Shown here piece by piece: positions 14,341 to 21,914 of a DNA stretch of 43,966 nt. Source of the DNA: a virus. The stretch lies in the IMG/VR virus record IMGVR_UViG_3300011102_000097, positions 1-43,966 of that record, one strand, 5' to 3'. The stretch's first letter is position 1. Every line of letters starts with the position of its first letter. Below the pieces are notes generated by a model, which saw nothing but the letters and a program-made list of their open reading frames with translations, was not told the origin of the DNA and made no database searches. A program made the position numbers and the translations under genes.

Positions 14341-14919
14341 GTGCCAACAAACACCACCATGGACCTCGAAGAATTCCACAGCCAACTCGCCGACGCGCCG
14401 GTGAGTTTCCACCGCAAGCTGCGGGACTATTTGCGAAACCCGACCGAGCGCAACACTTACTACATCGCAGGGTATATCGCGGCGCTGGAGGATGCGCGAC
14501 TGTTCAAAACCGCCGACGCCGCCAGTTATTGGCTGGCCGTCATCGGTAGCGCGGAGCGCGACTCCGCTACGAGCAACGCCCTGCTAGCCGAGATGGACAA
14601 CCCGCCCGCCGGCAGCGCACAGGCCGCCGAGATCAAGGCACTGCGGGAGGCTCTGGCAGTTCTGAAGGCCGAGAACGAGATGCTGCGCAAAGTGCTGAAA
14701 GACGCCGACAACGAGCTGGATTGGCTCGACGAGGAGGTGGACACGTGCGACCACTCGGTCGGAGTGTGTATGTGCTCGTACCGGGACATGCGGCGAAAGA
14801 TGAAAGCCACGCTGTTCCCCGCCGGACCGACCCATCAGCGGGGCAATGCAGACATCGCTTTGCTGGTGTTCGTGGTGATGTGTGCTGTGTGGCTCGTCCT
14901 TATCGGCGCAATGGGCTAG
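14341..14919 (+). CDS. Coiled-coil protein with C-terminal membrane anchor, 192 aa
   Basis: GTG start 7 nt after AAGGAG. A heptad-like segment (IKALREALAVLKAENEMLRKVLKDADNEL) is followed by the terminal TM helix IALLVFVVMCAVWLVLIGAMG. Confidence 0.65.
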   Translation: MPTNTTMDLEEFHSQLADAPVSFHRKLRDYLRNPTERNTYYIAGYIAALEDARLFKTADAASYWLAVIGSAERDSATSNALLAEMDNPPAGSAQAAEIKALREALAVLKAENEMLRKVLKDADNELDWLDEEVDTCDHSVGVCMCSYRDMRRKMKATLFPAGPTHQRGNADIALLVFVVMCAVWLVLIGAMG

Positions 14920-14963
14920 CTTCCTGGAAGTGGACTTTGAGGGTTGAACGAAGGAGAACAGCA

Positions 14964-15050
14964 ATGCGTCTGACATTCGCCGGAAAGTTCTGGGTGGCCT
15001 ATGGAGCCTTAATCGTCGCGGCGCTGTTGGCGCTGCTCTGGATCGCGTGA
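14964..15050 (+). CDS. 28-aa TM peptide
   Basis: SD AAGGAGA precedes the start. Translation is MRLTFAGKFWVAYGALIVAALLALLWIA. Confidence 0.4.
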   Translation: MRLTFAGKFWVAYGALIVAALLALLWIA

Positions 15051-15072
15051 TGACTGTCCACGGAGGTGCGCA

Positions 15073-15369
15073 ATGACTGATCTGATCGATAGGCTGCGGG
15101 CGGAGGTGGAGAGACTGACGCTAGAGATGGTCCGCCTGAGGCGGCAGTACGACGAGCAGACCGCCTGCGTTATCGTGCATCGCGGATCGGCGCTTGCGTG
15201 CAGCGATGCCATGCGTACCGCCTATTATGACGAGCGCCGCCGTGCCGAGCGGCTGGCGGAGGCGTTGCGGCACCAACGCTGGTGCCGAACGTGTGCAGAG
15301 GACGGCTGGGAGAGCTGTGAGGAGGGGCGCAAGAATGACGCCCTGCTGCGCGACCAGGAGGATGTATGA
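15073..15369 (+). CDS. Coiled-coil protein with C-terminal H-C-C-C motif (paralogue module A), 98 aa
   Basis: SD GGAGG precedes the start. The protein ends AERLAEALRHQRWCRTCAEDGWESCEEGRKNDALLRDQEDV, almost identical to the C-terminus of 16701..17663. Confidence 0.7.
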   Translation: MTDLIDRLRAEVERLTLEMVRLRRQYDEQTACVIVHRGSALACSDAMRTAYYDERRRAERLAEALRHQRWCRTCAEDGWESCEEGRKNDALLRDQEDV

Positions 15370-15980
15370 GCAATGACCGCTACGAACGCATCCGCAAGGC
15401 GTTGGAGGGCTTGCGCGAGCGATGCGCGCAGGAGGCGGAGCGCATCACTGCTCGCCGCAGGGCGGTGGCCGCGATGACAAACAACGAGGCGGTGAAACCG
15501 TGCAAAGTGGCCGCCGCAATCCGCAAGATTGACGTGCAGCAGTACTACGAGTGCGCGGCGAGGGAGATCAAAGCGCTGCGGGCGGAGCGGGACGCGCTGA
15601 AGGCCGAGATCGAGGAGCTGCAAAGCGTCTGCGCCGAGGCGTACCAAGTCGTCGGGTTGCTGCTGGATAAGCAGGGCCTGTTTCAGTCGGAGAAGGCGGA
15701 GAAGATCATGGACAACCTCAGCCAGTTCCGCAAGGTACACGACGATGTGCTCCCTTGGCCAGAAGTGGAAGCAGTTTGCGGCCGCGTGCGTCAAGTCCAG
15801 GAAGGTAGACCGATGAAGGGCCGCGAGATGCAACGCGCCATCCGCGAGGCGTTGAGTCGCGCGCACCAGACGGCCATGGAGCAGACCCTCAGGGCACGGG
15901 TGCCCGAATGCGCAGAGTTCGCGGGGATTGCTCAAGACTTGGATTTTGTCGTCGCCGCCCTGCGCGAGAGGCTGGGGTGA
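15366..15980 (+). CDS. Coiled-coil protein, 204 aa
   Basis: ORF track entry, coupled to the upstream gene by ATGA. It ends ...AALRERLG, like 17656..18042. Confidence 0.7.
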   Translation: MSNDRYERIRKALEGLRERCAQEAERITARRRAVAAMTNNEAVKPCKVAAAIRKIDVQQYYECAAREIKALRAERDALKAEIEELQSVCAEAYQVVGLLLDKQGLFQSEKAEKIMDNLSQFRKVHDDVLPWPEVEAVCGRVRQVQEGRPMKGREMQRAIREALSRAHQTAMEQTLRARVPECAEFAGIAQDLDFVVAALRERLG

Positions 15981-15998
15981 AGGCATGAAGGAGCAAGC

Positions 15999-16130
15999 AT
16001 GACCACCGCGCTTGAGCAGTCCGACAGCCATGCACGCATCTGTTCCAAGCTAGCCGAGCAGCACAAAAGCGACCCCGTGCTGTTCGCTGCGCTCACGGAC
16101 GCTGCGGAACCTCGCCCGTACCACGACTAA
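15999..16130 (+). CDS. 43-aa protein
   Basis: SD GAAGGAG precedes the start. Translation is MTTALEQSDSHARICSKLAEQHKSDPVLFAALTDAAEPRPYHD. Its 3' end plus the downstream SD repeat the 18-mer found at 6085-6102. Confidence 0.45.
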   Translation: MTTALEQSDSHARICSKLAEQHKSDPVLFAALTDAAEPRPYHD

Positions 16131-16142
16131 AGGAGAAGCCAA

Positions 16143-16406
16143 ATGCACGAAAAATACTTCGTCTCGCTTGCCACCGAAATTTACCAGATCCCCGACAAAT
16201 GGGTACGCCAGCATGTGGCGCGTGCCGTGGCGCGTGCGTGTATGCGGGTCAATCCGCGCTTCAATATGCAGTTGTTCCTTACCGCATGCGACGCGGTTTG
16301 GCCCTCGGCCCCAAAAGCCATGACTGACTGCTGCGAAAAAAACTGCGAGGCGCTGGAATCGCATGCCAGCATGCCGAAGCGGACGGAACAGGAGAACAAA
16401 GCATGA
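16143..16406 (+). CDS. Hypothetical protein, 87 aa
   Basis: ORF track entry with SD AAAGGAGAAG. Confidence 0.65.
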   Translation: MHEKYFVSLATEIYQIPDKWVRQHVARAVARACMRVNPRFNMQLFLTACDAVWPSAPKAMTDCCEKNCEALESHASMPKRTEQENKA

Positions 16407-16708
16407 ACAGGATCAACGACGGCGGACCGGCTTTCCCTGGCCAGTGGTACGACTTCCAGCCATGCACTGGGGATCAGGTCGTGCGCGAGCAATGGAGTGG
16501 CATGACCCTGCGCGATGCGATGGCGATGTCCGTGCGACTGCCGGATGAATACAGCGCGAAATGGGGTGAGGCATTGATAGGCGAACAGCACCCAAGTGAG
16601 GTCGAGCCGGTGTCTGTTCACATCGATTGGTGGATGCGCGTCGAAGCGGTCTACCGTTACCGCATGGCCGACGCCATGCTCAAGGCACGGGATGCGAGCA
16701 ATGACTGA
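16403..16708 (+). CDS. Hypothetical phage protein with GGPAFP motif, 101 aa
   Basis: ORF track entry, coupled by ATGA. The N-terminal DGGPAFPG...GMTLRD pattern recurs in many uncharacterised phage proteins, as I recall. Confidence 0.7.
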   Translation: MNRINDGGPAFPGQWYDFQPCTGDQVVREQWSGMTLRDAMAMSVRLPDEYSAKWGEALIGEQHPSEVEPVSVHIDWWMRVEAVYRYRMADAMLKARDASND

Positions 16709-17663
16709 CGACATCAAACTCCCGCCGCTGCCGCCACTGTGGATTGTTCCGAGCGTGGAGCCAGTTGACTACCCTGAAGTTGCGCAAGCCCTTATGGACT
16801 ACGCCCGAGCCGCTGTCGAAGCCGACCGCATTAAGCAAGAGGATTACATCAACGACGACCGGGATCAACTACGTGCTGAGATCGTGGCGCTCAAAGGGAC
16901 TATTGCTGATCTCGAGGCCGACCGCCTGCGCAGGGGCGAGCCGGTGGCGCAGCAGCCTGTCGAGGGCGAGGAAATCATGGTCAACGCAGCGCACGACGTA
17001 TACACGCTCCCGCTGCAACCGTCAGGGCTGTCGAGCGGCCCGCGATTCGTTGTGCATGTGCCGGGGCCCGAAGCGCAGGGCGGCGGGAAGGCCGCGCCCC
17101 CGAGCGCGCCCGTGGGGGCTGCCGAGGACATGGTGCTGGACGCCATCGAGCGGCGCGAATCGAGCGCCCCCGTGGGGGCGGGCGGGAAGATGGCAGAGGT
17201 CGTTCGCTTCCTGATGGGCGAGGCTCCGCTAGAGGGCAGGTGGTTCGATGAACCTGGCGGCCCGCACGTCGGGGGCGCGTACTGGTGGCGCAAGCACCTG
17301 ACCGACGCCCTCGCCCAGCAGCCCGCAGCCCGCCCACCGAAGCCGACGGAGTGCATGAACGGGTGCCCCGACCGCCAAGTATGCGACCACTGCCAATGGC
17401 CGCCCGGTCCTGACCAGCAGACCGCAGCCGTGGATGGGTCGGACGCACAGGCCGCCGAGATCGAGGCGCTGCGGGCGGAGGTGGCCGAGTGGAAGCGCGT
17501 TGCCGCCGCGCGGGGCGAAGCCGAAGCCCGAGCCGAGCGGCTGGCGGAGGCGTTGCGGCACTCACGATGGTGTCGGACGTGCGCTGAGGACGGCTGGGAG
17601 AGCTGCGAGGACAGCAGCAAGAACGACGCCCTGCTGCGCGAACAGGAGAAAGGCCGTGGATGA
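16701..17663 (+). CDS. 320-aa protein with coiled coils, Pro-rich linkers and C-terminal H-C-C-C motif (paralogue module B)
   Basis: In frame with track ORF 16596..17663. The start is ATG 16701 (MTDDIKLPPLPP), overlapping the upstream stop. The C-terminus is AERLAEALRHSRWCRTCAEDGWESCEDSSKNDALLREQE. Confidence 0.7.
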   Translation: MTDDIKLPPLPPLWIVPSVEPVDYPEVAQALMDYARAAVEADRIKQEDYINDDRDQLRAEIVALKGTIADLEADRLRRGEPVAQQPVEGEEIMVNAAHDVYTLPLQPSGLSSGPRFVVHVPGPEAQGGGKAAPPSAPVGAAEDMVLDAIERRESSAPVGAGGKMAEVVRFLMGEAPLEGRWFDEPGGPHVGGAYWWRKHLTDALAQQPAARPPKPTECMNGCPDRQVCDHCQWPPGPDQQTAAVDGSDAQAAEIEALRAEVAEWKRVAAARGEAEARAERLAEALRHSRWCRTCAEDGWESCEDSSKNDALLREQEKGRG

Positions 17664-18042
17664 GTTGATCGAGAAGTTGCGGTCCGTGCAGTGGGAAGTG
17701 ACCGACGATAACGACTGGGATAGCTGGTGCGTGTACGTGGATATGCGCCCGGACGATTTTGAAGCCCTGCTCACCGAAGCCGCCGCCGCCCTCGAAGCGG
17801 CGCGGGAGGATGCGTACGTTGCGCTGGTGGTCGATATCCGGGTCGCGTGCGGCGACAACGGCAAGCGGTCGCAGCCGGAGCTGGTGGAATACATCCGAGG
17901 GCTGGCGCGGGACGCGGAGCGGTATCGGTGGCTGCGGGATCGGGAAATTCCCGAGTGGCTGGACCTGTGGCACCAAAATCCGGATCGCATCGACGCCGCC
18001 ATCGACGCCGCCCTGCGCGAGCGGCTTGGGGAAGGGGCCTGA
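17656..18042 (+). CDS. Hypothetical protein, 128 aa
   Basis: GTG start 6 nt after AGGAGA, overlapping the upstream stop. The sequence runs VDELIEKLRSVQWEV... to ...AALRERLGEGA. The upstream part of track ORF 17434..18042 is an Arg/Pro-rich out-of-context frame. Confidence 0.6.
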   Translation: MDELIEKLRSVQWEVTDDNDWDSWCVYVDMRPDDFEALLTEAAAALEAAREDAYVALVVDIRVACGDNGKRSQPELVEYIRGLARDAERYRWLRDREIPEWLDLWHQNPDRIDAAIDAALRERLGEGA

Positions 18043-18043
18043 C

Positions 18044-18763
18044 ATGATCTACACCACCCTCGCCCGTATTCGCGCGCATTCGCCATCCGCCGATGTCTGG
18101 AGCAAGTTGCTCACTCACCTGGGCAAGGCCGCAGCCGACGATGAGCCCCTGGCCTACAGCGCCATCCTGGATGCCGTAGGTCTTGACGATGCGCTCTGGT
18201 GCCTGCGAGCCGAGCCGCAGCACGCCGACATCTGGCGGATGTACGCCGTGCGCGCCGCTCGCAGCGTGCAGCATCTTATGAAAGATGAGCGCAGCCTACG
18301 GGCGCTGGATATTGCGGAGCGTCATGCGCGTGGCGAGGCGACAGACTCGGAACTGGACGCCGCCCGGGACGCTGCCTGGAACGCTGACTGGGACGCTGCC
18401 GGGGCCGTCGCCGGGGCCGCTGCCTGGGCCGCAGTCTGGGGCGCTGCCTGGCACGCTGCCTGGCACGCTGCCAGGGTTGCTGCCCTGACCGCTGTCCGGG
18501 CCGCGGCCATGGCCGCCGCCTGGGATGTTGCCTGGGCTCAGTTGGCCGCTGACTTTCGCGCGCTGCTGGCGTCTCACGAAGCGCTGCCGGGCGAAACCTG
18601 CGCGCTCAACGAATGGGGGGACACCATCGCCGCCCTGCGCGAGCGGCTGGCGGATGCGTTGCGGGAGGCGCAACCATTCATCGGCTGGACTGGGAGCTAC
18701 CCCGAGCTGCACGCCAAGATCGACGCCCTGCTGCGCGACCAGGAGGAAGGAGGGCAGCGATGA
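18044..18763 (+). CDS. Ala/Trp-repeat alpha-helical protein, 239 aa
   Basis: Start is ATG 18044, 1 nt after the upstream stop. The N-terminus is ...DDEPLAYSAILDAVGLDDALWCLRA. The core is AARDAAWNADWDAAGAVAGAAAWAAVWGAAWHAAWHAARVAA. The C-terminus shares ALRERLADALRE...IDALLRDQEE with its neighbours. Confidence 0.7.
   Translation: MIYTTLARIRAHSPSADVWSKLLTHLGKAAADDEPLAYSAILDAVGLDDALWCLRAEPQHADIWRMYAVRAARSVQHLMKDERSLRALDIAERHARGEATDSELDAARDAAWNADWDAAGAVAGAAAWAAVWGAAWHAAWHAARVAALTAVRAAAMAAAWDVAWAQLAADFRALLASHEALPGETCALNEWGDTIAALRERLADALREAQPFIGWTGSYPELHAKIDALLRDQEEGGQR
18352..18530 (+). repeat. Degenerate periodic repeat (units like gacgctgcctgg / gccgctgcctgg)
   Basis: Read directly. It encodes the (D/A)AAW repeats of the 18044..18763 protein. 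Confidence 0.7.
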
Positions 18764-19188
18764 AGCGCAAGGCTGGCTCAGTCCACTGGCTGGACCGCTC
18801 TCTTGTTCTCGGTCCATATCTGTGCCTGTGCACCACAGAGGAGGACTACCACGCGGCGCTGGACTGCCTCAAGGTACCGGCCCTTCAGCGAGGGCCTTGG
18901 GTTGGCGCGCGCGCCGACGCAACCACTCATTTGTTGGGGAACCAGGAGAACAACTTGGTCGCTGTCGTTTGCTTGGGCGATGTTAGCCAGAGATCTCACG
19001 TTGACGTAGCCGCCTTGCTGGTCCACGAGGCCGTGCACGTGTGGCAAGCGTTTTGCGAGCACATCGGTGAGAAGTCGCCAAGCAGTGAGTTCGAGGCATA
19101 CAGCATTCAGCGCATCACCCACGAGCTGTTAAGCGCGTTCGCCCAGCAGTCGGAGCGTCGCGCCCAAGTACAAGAGAGGTCAACATGA
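18760..19188 (+). CDS. Mini HExxH protein (putative zinc metallopeptidase), 142 aa
   Basis: Start is ATG 18760, overlapping the upstream stop (ATGA). The motif is ALLVHEAVHVWQAFCEHIGE...EFEAY. The upstream part of track ORF 18613..19188 is not needed. Confidence 0.6.
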   Translation: MKRKAGSVHWLDRSLVLGPYLCLCTTEEDYHAALDCLKVPALQRGPWVGARADATTHLLGNQENNLVAVVCLGDVSQRSHVDVAALLVHEAVHVWQAFCEHIGEKSPSSEFEAYSIQRITHELLSAFAQQSERRAQVQERST

Positions 19189-19562
19189 TCGACGGCGCCC
19201 GCGTCCTATCAACGCGCAGCACCCCCTACGGCTTCAAGCGGCGGCGCTACCAGCTCGCGGACGGCCGGCGCATCACCACCTACGAGGTGCCCTACGCCAT
19301 CCTGAGCCACCTGGGAGCCGCCAGACTGCGCGAAGCCGTGCAGAAGTGGCAGCGCGGCGAATGCGCGAGGAGCCAGGCTCATGCGCGCCGCCAGCGCATC
19401 ATCGCGCTGTTGGTTCAGGGCTGGAAGCCTACCGCCATCGCGCACGAAGTGGGCATCACCGAGCAGCGCGTGCGCCAGATCCGCGCTGAGTGGCGCAAGG
19501 AGCTAGGCGAGATCGACAACACAGCCTCGGTGCCGTTTTACAAGTTGGAGAATCTGTCATGA
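19185..19562 (+). CDS. HTH protein, sigma region-4 / LuxR-like (candidate middle/late regulator), 125 aa
   Basis: ORF track entry, coupled by ATGA. The HTH is RIIALLVQGWKPTAIAHEVGITEQRVRQIRAEW. Confidence 0.7.
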   Translation: MIDGARVLSTRSTPYGFKRRRYQLADGRRITTYEVPYAILSHLGAARLREAVQKWQRGECARSQAHARRQRIIALLVQGWKPTAIAHEVGITEQRVRQIRAEWRKELGEIDNTASVPFYKLENLS

Positions 19563-19969
19563 TCCGCAACATTCTCATTGGCGCCGCGCTCTTGGCTGTT
19601 GCCGACCTTGCCGCCGCCCAAACTGTCGGCCTGCACCTGGGCAGCGTGCACCTGCCGAAGCGCGACTACAACAACACCAACCCCGGAGCCTATGTGCGCT
19701 TTGACAACGGGCTCACCCTTGGCGGCTACTACAACAGCGAGCGCCGGGCCTCGTTCTACGCCGGCTACACCCACAGCTTTGGCCCCGTGGACGTAACTGT
19801 TGGCGCCATCACCGGCTACGAGCGCGCCGCCGTCACGCCGATGCTGGTGCCCAGTGTGCGCCTGTTCGAGATCGGCCGCGTCGGCGTGCGGCTGGCCTTC
19901 CTGCCGAAGATCGAGAAGAACGGCGCGCACGTGGTGCACGCGATGGTCGAGTGGGCGGGCGTGAAGTGA
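19559..19969 (+). CDS. Secreted or outer-membrane beta-rich protein with signal peptide, 136 aa
   Basis: Start is ATG 19559 (ATGA overlap). The signal peptide is MIRNILIGAALLAVADLAAAQ. The mature part shows an alternating hydrophobic pattern with aromatic girdles (GAYVRF, GGYYNS, FYAGY). Confidence 0.65.
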   Translation: MIRNILIGAALLAVADLAAAQTVGLHLGSVHLPKRDYNNTNPGAYVRFDNGLTLGGYYNSERRASFYAGYTHSFGPVDVTVGAITGYERAAVTPMLVPSVRLFEIGRVGVRLAFLPKIEKNGAHVVHAMVEWAGVK

Positions 19970-21369
19970 CCCGGCGCGCGTACACCCCTCGCCCCTACGC
20001 CGTGGTGGCCACCGAGCACCTGAATGCGCACGAGCGCTGCGCATTGTGGGCAAAGCCGGGGATGGGCAAGACCGTGATCACCATGACCTGGCTCGACACG
20101 CTGCACAACATCGTTGGCGAGAGCGCCCCCACCCTGGTGCTGGCGCCGCTGCGCGTGGCGCGCGACACCTGGGCCAGCGAGGCGCAGAAGTGGGACCACC
20201 TGCGCGGGCTCGATGTCGTGCCGGTCATTGGTGACGCGAGGCAGCGCACCGCGGCCCTGCGCCGGGACGCCCAGGTCTACACCACGAACTACGAGAATCT
20301 GGTCTGGCTGCGCGACCACTTCCAGAACCACGGCCGCGCGTGGCCGTTTCGCACGGTGGTGGCCGACGAGTCGACCAAGCTCAAGGGCTTTCGCCTGCGT
20401 CAGGGCGGCGTGCGGGCCCAGGCCATCGGCCAGGTGGCGCACAAGCATGTGCGCCGGTGGATCAACCTTACCGGCACACCGGCCAGCAACGGGTTGGAAG
20501 ACCTGTGGGGGCAGACCTGGTTCCTCGACGCGGGCCAGCGCCTTGGCCGCACGTTCAGTGCGTTCCGTGACCGGTGGTTCAGGCCCACCAGGCAAGGCCA
20601 GTTCCACCAGTGGCGCCCCCTCGAGCATGCGGCCGATGAGATCCACGAGCGGCTGTCTGACATCTGCCTGACGCTGGACCCCAAGGACTGGTTCGACCTG
20701 CACGACCCGATCGTCAACGTGATCGAGGTCGAGCTGCCCAGGGCGGTGCGCGTCAAGTACCGCGAGATCGAGCGCGAGCTGTTCACGATGTTCGACACCC
20801 AGGAGGTCGAGGTCTTCAACGCCGGGGCCAAGTCGCTCAAGTGTCTGCAGCTGGCCAACGGCGCCGTGTACCTGGACCCGGACAAGTACGGGTCCGACCA
20901 GTTTGTCGAGGTGCACAGCGAGAAGCTGGACGCCCTCGAGGAGCTCGCAGACGAGACCGGCGACGATCCGCTGCTGGTGGCCTACCAGTTCCGCAGTGAC
21001 CTGTGCCGCCTGCTGAAGCGCTTCCCGGACGCCCTGGACCTCTCGCGCAAGGACCACCTCGAGGCGGCCAAGGCCGGTCGTGGCAAGATCTGGCTGGGCC
21101 ACCCGGCCGGCATGGGCCACGGCATCGATGGCCTGCAGGAACATTGCAACACGCTGGTGTTCTTCGCCCAGGACTGGAACCTCGAGTACCACGACCAGAT
21201 CCTTGAGCGCGTGGGACCGATGCGGCAACTGCAGGCTGGCAAGAACCGGCCTGTTTTCGTTCACTACATCGTGGCGCGCGACACGATCGATGAGGTCGTT
21301 ATGACCCGTCGTGATTCAAAGCGCGATGTGCAGGACCTCCTGCTTGAGTACATGAAAGGAAGAAAATGA
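19966..21369 (+). CDS. SNF2/DEAD-like superfamily-2 helicase
   Basis: Motif I is AKPGMGKTVITM and motif II is VVADESTKLK. The C-terminal helicase lobe follows. The start is either GTG 19966 (GTGA overlap) or GTG 19951. Confidence 0.88.
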   Translation: MTRRAYTPRPYAVVATEHLNAHERCALWAKPGMGKTVITMTWLDTLHNIVGESAPTLVLAPLRVARDTWASEAQKWDHLRGLDVVPVIGDARQRTAALRRDAQVYTTNYENLVWLRDHFQNHGRAWPFRTVVADESTKLKGFRLRQGGVRAQAIGQVAHKHVRRWINLTGTPASNGLEDLWGQTWFLDAGQRLGRTFSAFRDRWFRPTRQGQFHQWRPLEHAADEIHERLSDICLTLDPKDWFDLHDPIVNVIEVELPRAVRVKYREIERELFTMFDTQEVEVFNAGAKSLKCLQLANGAVYLDPDKYGSDQFVEVHSEKLDALEELADETGDDPLLVAYQFRSDLCRLLKRFPDALDLSRKDHLEAAKAGRGKIWLGHPAGMGHGIDGLQEHCNTLVFFAQDWNLEYHDQILERVGPMRQLQAGKNRPVFVHYIVARDTIDEVVMTRRDSKRDVQDLLLEYMKGRK

Positions 21370-21647
21370 CGACCGACGTCGATGCAACCCTGGTTGAGCG
21401 CGGCAGCCGCTACGGCAAGTTCAAAGACCACGCCAAGATCACGCAAGAGCTCAAGCGGGCGATCTTTCGCCACATGGAAACCGTGAGCAAGGTCGAGCTC
21501 GACGATGACCAGCTCGAGGCCCTCGAGATGATCTGCCACAAGATCGGCCGCATCGTGAACGGCGACCCCGACTATGCCGACAGCTGGGTCGACATCGCAG
21601 GCTACGCCAAGTTGGTGGCCGACCGCCTGGAAGGAGTCGAGCGGTGA
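21366..21647 (+). CDS. Conserved small phage protein, 93 aa (resembles DUF6378-type proteins, from memory)
   Basis: ORF track entry, coupled by ATGA. It has the ERGSRYGKFKDHAKI pattern. Confidence 0.6.
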   Translation: MTTDVDATLVERGSRYGKFKDHAKITQELKRAIFRHMETVSKVELDDDQLEALEMICHKIGRIVNGDPDYADSWVDIAGYAKLVADRLEGVER

Positions 21648-21701
21648 GCGTGTTCGACGACCAGGCCCCGCCCAGCTTGGCCCGACTGTTGGAGCAGTGC
21701 C

Positions 21702-21914
21702 ATGGTGGATGAAGTAGACCGCGCAAGCCAGGAGGTCGAGTACTGCCAGGCCGAAGCGCTGCGCCTGCGGCGCCCCGCTGGTCCTGTCGCCAACGGCCGC
21801 TGCCACTACTGCGACGAGCCGGTGCCCGACGGCATGCGGTGGTGCGACATCAACTGCCGCGACGCCTGGGAAGCGCTGATGCGCCGCTGTTCAGGGCGTG
21901 GTTTTGGCAGGTGA
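21702..21914 (+). CDS. TraR/DksA-type zinc-finger protein, 70 aa
   Basis: SD GGAG precedes the start. Motifs are DRASQEVEYCQAEAL...CHYCDEPVPDGMRWCDINC. It is the last gene of the rightward arm. Confidence 0.65.
   Translation: MVDEVDRASQEVEYCQAEALRLRRPAGPVANGRCHYCDEPVPDGMRWCDINCRDAWEALMRRCSGRGFGR

Noticed and set aside
16095-16106. GCGTCCGTGAGC (minus sense, reverse complement of 16095-16106) and GTGTCCTCCGTG (reverse complement of about 32921-32932) as extra late-promoter copies
   Set aside because: The first lies on the antisense strand of rightward genes and has no -10-like hexamer at N14. The second has a 3-nt insertion in the core and no hexamer at the right spacing.
21644-21712. 22-codon GTG ORF between 21647 and 21702
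   Set aside because: It overlaps both neighbours in a coupling-like way (GTGA, ATGGTGGATGA). It is too short and featureless to support, and the next gene already has its own SD (GGAG).
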